DNA of 64,000 nt from an uncultured Chloroflexia bacterium (GTDB taxonomy: Bacteria; Chloroflexota; Limnocylindria; QHBO01), in NCBI GenBank assembly GCA_963750025.1, contig CAVVPF010000007.1, forward strand, positions 95,661-159,660, in the 5' to 3' direction. The notes beneath the pieces are model-generated. The model saw nothing but the letters and a program-made list of their open reading frames with translations, did not search any database and was not told the DNA's origin. Positions 29,288-40,258 of the stretch are shown piece by piece. The position numbers and the translations under genes were made by a program. Each line of letters starts with the position of its first letter. The stretch's first letter is position 1.

Positions 29288-29604
29288 CCCCCTGGCTGGT
29301 GCTGGTGGTGTTCATCTCGGCCATCAACCTGGCAGCCTTCATCGCCCTGCGCGGGCGCTGGGATCGACTCCTGCCGACCCTCGCTGCGGCTGCCGTGGTG
29401 GGCACCATGGCCGGCAACGCGATCGGCGGCAGGACCGGTCTCGAGCTGTTCCGCATCGGCGACTTCAACGTGGTCGCGGCGTCGGTGGTGGCGCAGCTGG
29501 CGATGCTGGTGGTGAGCCTGCTGGCGCACCTCGGACCGTCGGCGCCGGACGAACGGAGGCCCGCCGGTCGGTCCGGCCGAGACGGGTCGGAGCCGGATCG
29601 GTAG
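29284..29604 (+). CDS. Small hypothetical membrane protein
   Basis: 'MTPWLVLVVFISAINLAAFIAL' plus two further hydrophobic helices. ATG overlaps the reconstructed mnmA stop (ATGA). Confidence 0.4.
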   Translation: MTPWLVLVVFISAINLAAFIALRGRWDRLLPTLAAAAVVGTMAGNAIGGRTGLELFRIGDFNVVAASVVAQLAMLVVSLLAHLGPSAPDERRPAGRSGRDGSEPDR

Positions 29605-29641
29605 AATCATCCGACGCACACGCAGGGGACGGCTGGTTCGC

Positions 29642-29902
29642 ATGAAAGACTCAAGCTTCGGCAGCTTCCTGGCCGGCATGGTGATCGGTGGCCTGGTGGG
29701 GGCGGCGATCGGGCTGCTGCTGGCACCGGCCTCGGGCGACGAGATCCGCGAACAGGTGGGCGAATTCGTTGGCGAGAAACGCGCATCGTTTGAAGAGGCG
29801 ATCGGCGAGGGACGCGCGGCCGCGGAGAAGGCACGCGCCGAGATGCTGGCCGCGTACGATGCCCCGCAGAGCGGCCAGGCGTCGGAGAGCACCGCCACCT
29901 GA
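29642..29902 (+). CDS. YtxH domain-containing protein
   Basis: 'FLAGMVIGGLVGAAIGLLLAPASGDEIREQV', then a charged helical region. Confidence 0.7.
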   Translation: MKDSSFGSFLAGMVIGGLVGAAIGLLLAPASGDEIREQVGEFVGEKRASFEEAIGEGRAAAEKARAEMLAAYDAPQSGQASESTAT

Positions 29903-29929
29903 TCGGTTCCGGGCGGATCAGCCAGGAGT

Positions 29930-29955
29930 CGAGAGCCGGTGGTCGCCGGCTCTCG
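29930..29955 (+). terminator. Perfect 10-bp stem hairpin downstream of the ytxH-like gene
   Basis: 'cgagagccgg' / loop 'tggtcg' / 'ccggctctcg'. No U-tract, so terminator function is uncertain. Confidence 0.4.
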
Positions 29956-29977
29956 CCATGAGTGAAGGGCACACCGA

Positions 29978-32637
29978 TTGCAGCCGATGAGCGCGGCCGA
30001 GATCCGAGAGCGCTTCCAGCGCTTCTTCGAGGAGCGCGGGCACACCCGCGTGCCCGCTGCGCCCCTGCTTGCCCGTGACGACCCGACCCTGCTCTTCACC
30101 AATTCGGGGATGGTCCAATTCAAGCGGGTCCTGACCGGTGAGGAGCAGCGCGACTATCGCCGGGCGGTCGATGCGCAGCCGTGCCTGAGGGTGGCCGGCA
30201 AGCACAACGACTTCGAGGAGGTGGGCCGCACGCCGCGCCACCAGACCCTCTTCGAGATGCTCGGCAACTGGAGCTTCGGCGACTACTTCAAGCGCGAGGC
30301 GATCCACTGGGCCTGGGAGTTCCTGACCACCGAGCTGAAGCTGGATCCCGACCGCCTGGCGGTCACGGTCTACACCGATGACGACGACGCGTGGCGGATC
30401 TGGACCGAGGAGATCGGCGTGCCGCCCGAGCGCATGGCGCGCTGGGGGAACATTGCGGCAGGCGACGACCACAACTTCTGGCAGATGGCCGAAACCGGGC
30501 CCTGCGGCCCATGCAGCGAGATCCACTACGACCGCGGCCCCGAGTTCAGCGAGGGACCGCACTGCCTCCCCGACCACTCCGAGACGTGCCCGCGCTACCT
30601 GGAGTTCTGGAACCTGGTCTTCATGCAGTACGACCGAGCGGCAGACGGAACGCTGACGCCGCTGCCATTCCAGAGCGTCGACACGGGCATGGGCCTGGAG
30701 CGGACCGCATCGATCGTGCAGGGGGTCGACAGCAACTACGGGACCGATCTGTTCGTGCCGATCATCGACCGCCTGGCGTCACACCTGGGGCATCGCCCCG
30801 AACAGGTCGAGGCGGAGCGGTTCAGCTACCAGGTGGTGGCCGACCACTCGCGCGCCATGACCTTCCTGATCGCGGAGGGGGTGAAGCCCGCGAACGAGGG
30901 CGCCGGCTACGTACTGCGCCGGATCATCCGTCGGGCCGTCCGTCACCTGCGCCTGATGGGCATCAGGGAGCCCGTATTGGCGGAGACGTGCGCTGCGGTG
31001 GTCGAGCTGATGGGGGCGGCCTATCCGTTGCTGGCGCAGGAGAGCGAGCGGATCCTGGGCGAGGTGCAGGCCGAGGAGGCGAAGTTCGCGCGCACGCTTG
31101 AGGCGGGCACCGAACGGCTCGCGGCGCTCGTCGAGGCGGCCGGGGCCGGCGGGACGATCAGCGGCAACGATGCGTTCCGGCTGCACGACACCTTCGGCTT
31201 CCCGATCGACCTGACCGTGGAAATCGCGGCGGAGAGCGACGTTGCCGTCGACAGAGCCGGCTTCGACGCGGCGATGGATGAGCAGCGGCAGCGATCGCGC
31301 CGCACCGTCTCGGCTGCGCTGGCGATGGACCCCGCGATGGAGCAGGAGGTCGAGCGCCTCGAATCGAGCTTCATGGGCTATCCGAACCAGACCCGCTTCG
31401 AGGACGCGCTGGTGCTCGGCATCTTCCCGCTGGCCGATGGTCGCTGGGCGATGATCCTCGATCGCACCCCGTTCTACGCGGAGGGTGGCGGGCAGATCGG
31501 CGACCAGGGTCGCATCGTGGGTCCGCACGGGCGTTTCAGCGTGGAGGACACGCAGCGACGGGCCAATGCCATCGTGCACCTGGGACGCGACATCGACGGC
31601 CGAATCCAGGTTGGCGAGACGGTCCAGGCGCTGGTCAACGAACGGCGCCGCGCGGCGGCGGCCCGCAACCACACCGGCACCCACCTCCTGCATCGCGCCC
31701 TGCGCGAAGTGCTCGGTGAGCAGGCCAAGCAGGCCGGCAGCTGGGTCGGCCCGGAGGGGCTGCGCTTCGACTTCCCGGCCAGCGGCCCAACCCCGCGCGA
31801 GGCACTGCGCCAGGTGGAGCGGATCGTCAATGCCCAGATTCGGCGCAACGCCGCGGTGATCCCGACCCAGATGAGCCTGACCGATGCCCAGACGCTGGGT
31901 GCCGACATGTTCTTCGGCGAGAAGTACGCCCCCGAATCGGTGCGTGTGGTGCGCGTCGACGGATTCAGCAAGGAGCTGTGCGGAGGGACGCACGTCGCCG
32001 CCACCGGGCAGATCGGCGCCTTCCGCATCACCGGCGAGTCGAGCATCGGGGCCGGGCTGCGGCGGATCGAGGCGGTCACCGGCGAAGCGGCCGAAGAGCT
32101 GGTCGCCGGACGATTGGAGTCGCTGCACGCCGCCGCGCAGTTGCTCGGCAGCTCGGAGGAGCAGGTGCCGGCGCGGGTCGAGGCGCTGCTGGCCCGCCTG
32201 CGGGAGGCGGAGCGCTCAAGCCGGACCCCGCGCGAGGGACAGGAGGCGGCGCGCCTCGACGCGGCCGGGGCGCTGGCAGGCGCTCAGCAGGCGGGGGAGA
32301 CAAAGGTGATCATCCAGCACTTCCCTTCAGCCGATGCCGCCGCGCTGCGCTCGCTTGCGGACGAGCCTTCGTGTCGATCAGCGGGCGGTTCGTGGCGGTG
32401 GCATCGGGCGACGGTGGCGGGCCGGCGATCATGGTCTCGGCCAGCCGCGACCTCGCACGCGAAGGCTTCGATGCGGTCGCCATCGTGCGACAGGTGGCGC
32501 CGATCATCGGCGGCGGAGGTGGCGGACGCCCCGAGCTGGCACAGGCCGGTGGCAAGGACGCGACGCGCCTTGACGAGGCGCTGCGCGAGGGCGGTCGGCT
32601 GGCACTCGAGGCGTTGGCCCGGCTCGAGTCGAGTTGA
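29978..32637 (+). pseudogene. alaS: Alanine--tRNA ligase, one frameshift near 32362
   Basis: 'FTNSGMVQFK', 'RHQTLFEMLGNWSFGDYFK', 'FWNLVFMQY', editing 'HTGTHLLH..CGGTH'. After 'AAALRSLADE' the conserved tail '..ISGRFVAVASGDGGGPAIMVSAS..IIGGGGGGRPELAQAGG' lies in ORF 31978..32637. Confidence 0.92.
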
Positions 32638-33941
32638 TGATGCAGGCGGGGCTGGGCCGGCTGGCCGGATGGCTCCGACGCGCGAGCGGTCAACCCGGGG
32701 GTCCATCGGGGTTGGTCGCCCTCGACGTGGGAACCGAGTTCGCCAAGGCCCTGGTAGTAGAGGTCGCTGCCGACGACGAGGGGCGACTGGTGGGGGTCGT
32801 GCGCGGCTCGGGCCGCCAGCGGCAGGGATTGACGCACATGCAGTCCGGGACGGTCAGCGACATTGACGCGGTGGTGGCCAACTGCGCGGAGGCGTTGTCA
32901 CAGGCCCGAGACGCAGCCGGCCTGCGCGCCACCACCGCGGTGATCGGGATCGCCGGGGAGCTGGTCAAGGGGACCACCTCGAGCGGCACCGTCCGTCGCG
33001 CGGACCCCCGCGCCCCGATGACCGACGCGGAGCTGCAGCGGATCGTCGAGCAGGTGCAGGCCGAGGCGCTGGCCGAAGCGGAGCAGCGGATCGCCTGGGA
33101 GAGTGGCGTCGAGCGCCTCGACGTGCGCCTGGTGCACGCCGCGGTGGTCGAGATGAAGATCGATGGCTACCCCGTCAGCAACCCGATCGGCTTCACCGGT
33201 GCCCAGGTCGAGCTTGCCGTTTTCAACGCCTTCGCGCCGATGGTTCACCTGGGCGCGCTGCAATCGGTGGCGGGACAGCTCGGCCTGGAGCTGCTGGGCG
33301 TGGTGGCTGAGCCATACGCGGTGGCCACCTGCCTCGATCCCGGCGAGATGGGCGACGCAGGGGCGGTCTTCGTGGACGTGGGCGGCGGCACGACCGACGT
33401 CGCCCTGGTCCGCCACGGCGGGATCGCGGGCACCAAGATGCTGGCGCTCGGCGGGCGCGCCTTCACCCGCGGGCTGGCGGAGCGGTTCGGCCTCTCGTTT
33501 GCGCGCGCCGAGGCGCTCAAACTCGGCGCCAGCCGGACCGACGACCTGCCGGAGCCGATCGAGCGCGCGACCCTCGAGGCGGCCCTCACCGAGGACGCGA
33601 CGATCTGGCTCGGCGGTGTCGAGCTGATGATCGGCGACCTGGCCGAGGGTGAGCTGCTGCCCGCCCGGGTCTACCTGTGCGGCGGCGGGGCCCAGCTGCC
33701 GCAGATCATGCAGGTGCTCGACGACGACGCTTGGTGGCGGCGCCTGCCATTCGCCCGCCGCCCGCAGGTCCGCGCCCTCGCGCCCGACGACGTGGTCGGG
33801 ATCCGTGACGCAAGTGGGCGGCTCACCACACGCCAGGACGTGACGCCGATGGCCCTTGCCCACCAGGCGCTGATCATCGACGCGAGCAGCGGCGCCGCAG
33901 AGCGCGCGATGCGGGGCGCGGTACGCGCCATGGAGCTGTGA
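32634..33941 (+). CDS. FtsA/PilM-like actin-superfamily ATPase
   Basis: 'LVALDVGTEFAKALVVEV' (phosphate 1), 'VIGIAGELVKG', 'VFVDVGGGTTDVALVRHGG' (phosphate 2), 'LGGRAFT', 'VYLCGGGAQLPQI' (adenosine motif). Confidence 0.7.
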   Translation: MMMQAGLGRLAGWLRRASGQPGGPSGLVALDVGTEFAKALVVEVAADDEGRLVGVVRGSGRQRQGLTHMQSGTVSDIDAVVANCAEALSQARDAAGLRATTAVIGIAGELVKGTTSSGTVRRADPRAPMTDAELQRIVEQVQAEALAEAEQRIAWESGVERLDVRLVHAAVVEMKIDGYPVSNPIGFTGAQVELAVFNAFAPMVHLGALQSVAGQLGLELLGVVAEPYAVATCLDPGEMGDAGAVFVDVGGGTTDVALVRHGGIAGTKMLALGGRAFTRGLAERFGLSFARAEALKLGASRTDDLPEPIERATLEAALTEDATIWLGGVELMIGDLAEGELLPARVYLCGGGAQLPQIMQVLDDDAWWRRLPFARRPQVRALAPDDVVGIRDASGRLTTRQDVTPMALAHQALIIDASSGAAERAMRGAVRAMEL

Positions 33942-35548
33942 GCGAGATGGCCGACGACCCGCAGCTTCTCTACCTGGAGCCCGATGACGAGATCACCTCG
34001 GTGATCCGGCGCTTGCGCGGGGCAGCGCCGGGACCGATGGTGGTGGTCGCGCCCGGCCGTAGCCGCGCCACGTCGAGCGTTATCGCTCTGCGCCTGCTGG
34101 CTCGCGTGGCCCAGGCCGAAGGACGCGAGCTGACGCTGGTGGCCGATGCTGCCACGCGTGCCCTGGCGACCGACGCTGGGATCTCGGCCTTCGCCACGGT
34201 TCCCGAGGCCACCTCCGGCCAGCCGGCGGCTCCCAGCCCAGCGGCCCGTGCGCCGATCCACGTGGTGCGCGGCGCCGATCCGGTCGGCAGCGGGCAGCCC
34301 CCGGTCGCTCGCTCCGGGTCGACCGATGAGACCATGGCGGTGCGCCTGCCGCCTCAGCCCGTCGCCCCTCGCGGCGGGGGAGCGGCCAGGCGGCCGACCT
34401 GGTGGCCGAGCCAGCCGTGGTCGATGCGCAGCCGCCTGCCGCTGCTCGCCGTGCTGGTGGCCATCGCCCTGGCGGTCGCAGCGGCGCTGCTCCCCGGGGC
34501 CACGATCCGGATCACCCCGGTCTCCACGTCGGTCGGGCCGATCCAGTACCAGCTTCCCGCCGCCATCGCCGGGCACCAGTCGGCTCGCCTGACCACCACC
34601 CAGGACGGCACGGCCACCGGCGAGCGGCTCGAGGAGGTGGCGGCCACCGGAACGGTGGTCTTCTACAACTGGACCTATGTTCGTGTCGAGGTGCCGCAGG
34701 GGACACAGGTCTCGGTGCCGGGCGGTCCGGCCTTCACCACCGACAAGCGCATCGTGGTGCCGGTAGGCCACCTCAAGGGCCGCATCGAACCGGGCCAGGG
34801 CAGCGTGGCCGTCACCGCCGCCCAGGGTGGACCCGCCGGGAACGTGGCGGCCGGCGCCATCACCAGCATCGACGATGCCTCGGTGCGCGCCTTTCTGCGC
34901 GGCTTCCCCGACAATACGGGCGGGCTGGTGAGCAACCCGGAGCCGACCGCCGGCGGATCAGAGACGAAGCACCCGGTGATCCAGCAGTCGGACGTCGACG
35001 CGCTGGTCGCGGCGATCACCGCCGAGCTGCAGCAGCACCTCGCCGACGCACTCTCCGGCCATCTGGATCGGATCTACAGCGGCCCGACTGCCGACGAGAA
35101 GGTGGTGGTGGAGATCCCACCCGACCTGGTCGGCAAAGAGGACACTGCGACCTTCTCGCTGACCGGCGTCCTTGACTTCAACCGGGCGTACGTCATGCGC
35201 CTCGATATCGAGCAGGCGGCTCGCAAAAGGTTGCTGGCCGATACGGTGGCAGTACCGGTGGGCAAGGCCATCCTGGCCAACTCCATCACCATGGAGATCG
35301 GGACCGTCACGACGGTCGCTGACGGGCTTCAGGTCGAAGTCTCGATGCGCGCGGCGGCAGCGGCCGCCATCGACGAGGCGGACATCCGGGATCGAGTTGC
35401 GGGCCTATCGGCCGCTGAAGCGAAGGCCGAGCTGGCCGACCTCGGGAAGGTCGAGGTGGATCTGTGGCCCGTCTGGGTCGACCATGTGCCGCGGCTCGGC
35501 TTCCGCATCTCGGTGCAGACCGTCGCGCCGGTGCCGGGCGACTCGTGA
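33938..35548 (+). CDS. Single-pass membrane protein of unknown function (possible baseplate-J-like ectodomain)
   Basis: 536 aa. Cytoplasmic N-domain 'LYLEPDDEITSVIRRLR..VVVAPGRSRATSSVIALRLL'; TM 'LPLLAVLVAIALAVAAALL'; ectodomain contains 'VAVTAAQGGPAGNVAAGAITSI'. Start overlaps the upstream stop. Confidence 0.5.
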   Translation: MSEMADDPQLLYLEPDDEITSVIRRLRGAAPGPMVVVAPGRSRATSSVIALRLLARVAQAEGRELTLVADAATRALATDAGISAFATVPEATSGQPAAPSPAARAPIHVVRGADPVGSGQPPVARSGSTDETMAVRLPPQPVAPRGGGAARRPTWWPSQPWSMRSRLPLLAVLVAIALAVAAALLPGATIRITPVSTSVGPIQYQLPAAIAGHQSARLTTTQDGTATGERLEEVAATGTVVFYNWTYVRVEVPQGTQVSVPGGPAFTTDKRIVVPVGHLKGRIEPGQGSVAVTAAQGGPAGNVAAGAITSIDDASVRAFLRGFPDNTGGLVSNPEPTAGGSETKHPVIQQSDVDALVAAITAELQQHLADALSGHLDRIYSGPTADEKVVVEIPPDLVGKEDTATFSLTGVLDFNRAYVMRLDIEQAARKRLLADTVAVPVGKAILANSITMEIGTVTTVADGLQVEVSMRAAAAAAIDEADIRDRVAGLSAAEAKAELADLGKVEVDLWPVWVDHVPRLGFRISVQTVAPVPGDS

Positions 35549-35970
35549 GCCGCTTCATCGGTCTTGATCATGGAAGCCGTCGGGTCGGGGTGGCGGTCGG
35601 AGATTCCGAGACCGGGCTCGCCTTCGCGCGCCCAGCGCTGCGAACCCCTGATCCGGTAGCCGTGCTGGCCCTGGCGCGAGCGGAGGGTGCCGATGCGGTC
35701 ATCCTCGGCCTGCCACGCAACATGGACGGCAGCGAGGGAGCGCAGGCGGCGACCGCCCGCCGATTCGGGGACCGGCTCATCGCCCTCGGGCTGAGCGTCA
35801 CGTATCACGACGAGCGTCTGAGCAGCTGGGAGGCGGGACGCGAGCTTGCCGCCGCGGGTCGCCAGCCCGATCGGCGCTCCGGTCAACTCGACTCGGCGGC
35901 GGCTCGCCTGATCCTGCAAGATTACCTGGACGCCCACGCCTCTCCCCGGTCGCAACAGGAGACCCGATGA
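35545..35970 (+). CDS. ruvX: Putative pre-16S rRNA nuclease / Holliday junction resolvase-like RuvX (YqgF)
   Basis: GTG at 35545 overlaps the upstream stop. 'FIGLDHGSRRVGVAVGD', 'ILGLPRNMDGSEG', 'VTYHDERLSSWEA'. Confidence 0.85.
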   Translation: MSRFIGLDHGSRRVGVAVGDSETGLAFARPALRTPDPVAVLALARAEGADAVILGLPRNMDGSEGAQAATARRFGDRLIALGLSVTYHDERLSSWEAGRELAAAGRQPDRRSGQLDSAAARLILQDYLDAHASPRSQQETR

Positions 35971-37304
35971 CCCGTCGACCGACGCCCAACCGCGACCGCG
36001 ACCGGGATGACGCCCGCGACGCGCGCATTCGTGCCATGCGCAAGGAGCGTGAAACGCCGAAGCGCAGCCTGCGCACCTTCCAGCCACTGGTGCTGATCGG
36101 CTGGTTCGCCGGAGTGATCGCGCTCGTCGGAGTCCTCCTCTTCATCGGCCTGCTGACGCTCGCACCACGGCTCATGGATTGGGTCGGGGCGCATCCCGGG
36201 ACGGTCGACAACGGCCTGGTGCAGAGCTTCGTGGACTGGTACCGACCCGACGAGCTTGCCGATCTGCCGGCCGGTGAAAACGGGCCACGGATCACGATCG
36301 AGGTGGTCGGCGGGGCGACCGATGCTGAGATCGGCGCACTGCTCTTCGAGAAGGGATTGGTTCGCAGCGAGCTGGCCTTCCAGTACGCCGTGCTTCAGGC
36401 CGGCCGCTCCGGTGACCTGCAGGCGGGCGTCTATGACCTGTCGCCGTCGCTCACACCCTCGCAGATCGTGTCGGCCCTGCGCCAGCAGCCTGGCGTCGAG
36501 GTCACGATCACCATTCGCGAGGGCCTGCGCCTGGAGGAGATCGTCGCCTACCTGGCCACCACCAAGCTGACCATGAACCTCGACGAATTCGCCGATTTCG
36601 CGCGCCGGCCACCGGCCGACATGCTGGCGTCCTACGACTTCCTGGCGGCTCTGCCGCCGGGTCGTACGCTGGAAGGCTACCTCTATCCCGATACCTACCG
36701 GGTCGACGCCAATGCCACGGCGCGCGGGCTGATCGACAAGCTGCTGGGTACCTTCGACCTGCGCTTGACGCCCGAGATCCGCGACCAGATCGCGGCCACC
36801 ACGATTGCCGGCAAGCCGATGACCATCGACCAGGCGGTGATCCTCGCCTCGATCGTCGAGCGCGAGGCGGTGCTCGACACCGAGCGCCCGACGATCGCGG
36901 GCGCCTATCTGAACCGCCTGAACACGCAGAGCTGGCGGCTCGACGCCGATCCGACCCTGCAGTACGGAGCCGCCACCCTCGACCACGGCGGCGCGCCGGT
37001 GAGTCAGTGGGGCGACATCACGTGGTGGGCGCCGCTCGAGGTGCGCGGCGTGGATCTGCAGCTACCCGATGCGTTGATCGGCTACCAGACCTACCTCCAC
37101 GACGGCCTGCCGCCGGCGCCGATCTCCGCGCCGCGGATCGCCTCGATCATGGGCGTGGCGGCGGCCGACATCGCCAAGGGGTACTTCTTCTTCGTGGCCG
37201 GCTGTCCCAACGGCGTGCGCGACGGGTCGCACTATTTCGCGGTAACCCTGGGCGAGCACAACGCCAACGTGGCCAAGGCGAACGGCGAATGCCCAGCGTC
37301 GTGA
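35967..37304 (+). CDS. mltG: Endolytic murein transglycosylase MltG (YceG-like)
   Basis: N-terminal TM; 'LEGYLYPDTYRV', 'ILASIVEREA', 'NRLN..MRLDADPTLQYG', 'YQTYLHDGLPPAPISAP'. Confidence 0.88.
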   Translation: MTRRPTPNRDRDRDDARDARIRAMRKERETPKRSLRTFQPLVLIGWFAGVIALVGVLLFIGLLTLAPRLMDWVGAHPGTVDNGLVQSFVDWYRPDELADLPAGENGPRITIEVVGGATDAEIGALLFEKGLVRSELAFQYAVLQAGRSGDLQAGVYDLSPSLTPSQIVSALRQQPGVEVTITIREGLRLEEIVAYLATTKLTMNLDEFADFARRPPADMLASYDFLAALPPGRTLEGYLYPDTYRVDANATARGLIDKLLGTFDLRLTPEIRDQIAATTIAGKPMTIDQAVILASIVEREAVLDTERPTIAGAYLNRLNTQSWRLDADPTLQYGAATLDHGGAPVSQWGDITWWAPLEVRGVDLQLPDALIGYQTYLHDGLPPAPISAPRIASIMGVAAADIAKGYFFFVAGCPNGVRDGSHYFAVTLGEHNANVAKANGECPAS

Positions 37305-38401
37305 TCGGCGCGGCGACCCGACTCGAGCGGGTACGCGCCCTGCTTGATGCGCACGACCTGGATGCGATCCTGCTGTCGCGGAGTGCCAACAAGCGCTGGC
37401 TGGCGGGCTTCGTCCAGCAGCGTGGCGAGGAAGCCACCTCGGGATACGCGGGGACGCTGCTGGTGACGCGTGACCGGCAGCTGCTGCTGGCCGATGGCCG
37501 ATATATCGAGCAGGCGGCCACCGATGCCCCGGACTGGGAGCTGATCCGCACCAGCGGCTCGATCGACCACGAGCTGGCCGGTCTCTGGCCGAACCTGGGG
37601 GTCCGCCGCTGCGGCGCAGAGGCCGAAGTCCTCAGCCACGGCAAGTGGCAGGCGATCGCGGGGGCCGCGCCACGGGTCGAGCTGGTCGCCCTCGACCCCG
37701 AGCTGGCGGAGCTGAGGGCCATCAAGGATCAACCTGAGCAGGAGGCGGTGGCGCGGGCCTGCGCGCTGACCGACGGCTGCTTCGCCCATCTGCTGGGCAC
37801 CGTGCGGCCCGGCTTGACCGAGCGGCAGATCGCCTGGGAGATCGAGGATTGGTTCCGCGCCAATGGGGCCGAGTCGCTCGCCTTCGACTCACTCGTGCTG
37901 GTCGGGGCTCGGGCCTCCATGCCGCACGGACACCCCTCCGACGCCCAGGTCGAGGTCGGGAAGGTGCTGCTCATCGATTTCGGCTGCCAGGTCGACGGCT
38001 ACCGCTCGGACATGACCCGCACTGTCTTCGTTGGCGAACCCGACGATGAGGCGCGCCGGCTGTATCGGCTGGTGGCCGATGCGCAGGCTGTCGCCTTCGC
38101 ACTTTGCGCCCCGGGCGTCCCAGGGGTCGCCGTGGATGCCGCCGCACGTGAGATGATCTCGGCCGGCGGCTTCGGCGAGGCATTCAGCCACGGCCTGGGC
38201 CATGGCATCGGCCTCGAGACGCACGAGGCGCCGTCGCTGCGGCTCTATCCCGGGCCGCTGCAGGTCGGCATGACCTTCACCCTGGAGCCGGGCATCTACC
38301 TGCCGGGCCGGATCGGCATCCGGATCGAGGACGACATCCTGTTGAGCGAGGCGGGGCCGCGCTATCTCACCACCTCACCGCGCGATCTGATCGTCATCTG
38401 A
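37289..38401 (+). CDS. pepP: Xaa-Pro aminopeptidase (M24 family)
   Basis: Creatinase-like N-domain; 'LAFDSLVLVGARASMPHG', 'LLIDFGCQVDGYRSDMTRT', 'HGLGHGIGLETHE', 'LEPGIY..GIRIEDD'. Confidence 0.85.
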   Translation: MPSVVIGAATRLERVRALLDAHDLDAILLSRSANKRWLAGFVQQRGEEATSGYAGTLLVTRDRQLLLADGRYIEQAATDAPDWELIRTSGSIDHELAGLWPNLGVRRCGAEAEVLSHGKWQAIAGAAPRVELVALDPELAELRAIKDQPEQEAVARACALTDGCFAHLLGTVRPGLTERQIAWEIEDWFRANGAESLAFDSLVLVGARASMPHGHPSDAQVEVGKVLLIDFGCQVDGYRSDMTRTVFVGEPDDEARRLYRLVADAQAVAFALCAPGVPGVAVDAAAREMISAGGFGEAFSHGLGHGIGLETHEAPSLRLYPGPLQVGMTFTLEPGIYLPGRIGIRIEDDILLSEAGPRYLTTSPRDLIVI

Positions 38402-38429
38402 ATCGGCCGCAAGGAGCGACGCACACCGC

Positions 38430-38990
38430 ATGATCAGCACCGGGGATGTCAAGAAGGGCGTCATCATCGAGCTCGACGGGCAGTTGATGAAGGTTCTCGA
38501 CTGGACCCACATCAAGATGGCCCGCGGCTCCGCCCAGGTCCGCATGAAGCTGCAGAACGTGCGCAAGGGGGACATCGTGGAGCGCACCTTCCAGGCCGGC
38601 ACACGCTGGCCACGGGCTCGGGTCGAGCAGCGCAAGGTGCAGTACCTGTACTCCGACGGCGACGTCTACCACTTCATGGACAACGAGACCTACGACCAGT
38701 TCGTCATCGGCGCCAATCAGCTGGGCGACGACGCCAAGTTCCTCAAGGAGACGATTGAGGTCTTCGTCAGCCAGTATGAAGGCGAGGTGCTGGGGGTCGA
38801 TCTGCCGGTGACGGTCGACCTGGTCGTCACTCGCACCGATCCGGGCTTTGCCGGCGACACCGCGGCCGGCGCCAAGAAGGCCGCCACGGTCGAGACCGGG
38901 CTGGTGGTGCAGGTGCCACTCTTCGTCAATGAAGGCGACCTGCTGCGCATCGACACCCGCACCGGCGAGTACGTGACCCGGGTCCAGTAG
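38430..38990 (+). CDS. efp: Elongation factor P
   Basis: 'MISTGDVKKGVIIELDGQL', 'KMARGSAQVRMKLQNV', 'YHFMDNETYDQ', 'DPGFAGDTAAGAKKAATVETG'. Confidence 0.95.
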   Translation: MISTGDVKKGVIIELDGQLMKVLDWTHIKMARGSAQVRMKLQNVRKGDIVERTFQAGTRWPRARVEQRKVQYLYSDGDVYHFMDNETYDQFVIGANQLGDDAKFLKETIEVFVSQYEGEVLGVDLPVTVDLVVTRTDPGFAGDTAAGAKKAATVETGLVVQVPLFVNEGDLLRIDTRTGEYVTRVQ

Positions 38991-38994
38991 GCCG

Positions 38995-40258
38995 ATGGGC
39001 GGCGATCCGGCGGACCAGGCGATGCTCTGGGAGGCGCCGCGCACCGCACCCCGCATCTTGCGCGTCAGCGACGTGAACCGGCGCGTCCGAGCCCTGCTCG
39101 ACGGCGACCCCGGTCTGGCCGATGTGTGGGTCGAAGGGGAGGTCAGCCAGCCGGCCTATCCTCCGTCGGGGCACTGCTTCTTCACCCTCAAGGACGCTGC
39201 CAGCCAGCTGAAGGCGGTCTTCTTCCGCGAGGAACTGGCTCGCTCGGCGATCCGGCCCGAGCACGGCACGCAGCTGATCTGCCACGGCAAGCTGCGGGCC
39301 TACGAGCCGCAGGGGATCTACCAGCTCTACGTCGAGTCGGCCACCCCGGCGGGCGCCGGCGACCTCCACCAGCAGTACGAGGCGCTCCGGGCAAAGCTCG
39401 CCGCCGAGGGCCTGTTCGATGCGGCACGGAAGCGGGAGCTGCCGCGCTGGCCGCGCCGGATCGGGGTGGTCACCTCGCCGGTGGGGGCGGTCTGGCGCGA
39501 TATCGGCAACGTCATGCGCCGTCGCTACCCGATCGGCGAGCTGGTCCTGTCGCCGACCATCGTGCAGGGCCCCACCGCCGCGGGCGCGGTGGTGCGCGCC
39601 CTTGCCCGCCTGCATGCGGAGCCGGGGATCGACCTGGTGATCATCGCGCGTGGCGGCGGATCGCTCGAGGACCTGTGGTCGTTCAATGATCGAGCGGGTG
39701 GTGCGTGCGATCGTGGCTTCGCCGGTGCCGGTGGTGGTGGGCGTCGGCCACGAATCGGACGTGACCCTGGCTGATTTTGCCGCCGACCTGCGCGCTCCGA
39801 CCCCCTCGGCGGCCGCCGAGCAGGCGGTGCCCGACCTGGCCCAGTTCCCGACCATCCTGGCCCGCCTGCGCGACCGAGGATCGGCCGCCCTGCTGGCCCG
39901 CCTGGCGGATCGCCAGCGATTCCTGGCCCAGGAAGAGCGGGCGCTCGCTCGCCTGGTTCCTGATACCGCCGCCGCCCGCCAGCGAGCCGGCGAGCTGCTC
40001 GACCGCGGGCATCGCTCGCTTGCGGCGCGGCTGGAGCGCCAGCGCACCTCCGTCGCCGGCCTGGCCGATGCGGTGCGGGCGCTCTCCCCGGCTGCCACCC
40101 TGGAGCGGGGATACGCGGTGGCTCGCCTGGCTGACGGGACGATCGTCCGCGATCCGACGCAGACCCGCGTGGGCGAGCCGCTCAAGGTGGTGGTCGCCCG
40201 AGGTACCGTGAGCACCCGCGTCGAGGGTATCGCCAACACTGAGGAGCCGCTGCAATGA
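38995..40258 (+). pseudogene. xseA: Exodeoxyribonuclease VII large subunit, one frameshift near 39690
   Basis: OB fold 'VWVEGEVSQPAYPPSGHCFFTLKD'; 'IGVVTSPVGAVWRDI'; '[15 protein letters not shown]', then '|[23 protein letters not shown]' in ORF 39650..40258. Confidence 0.88.
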
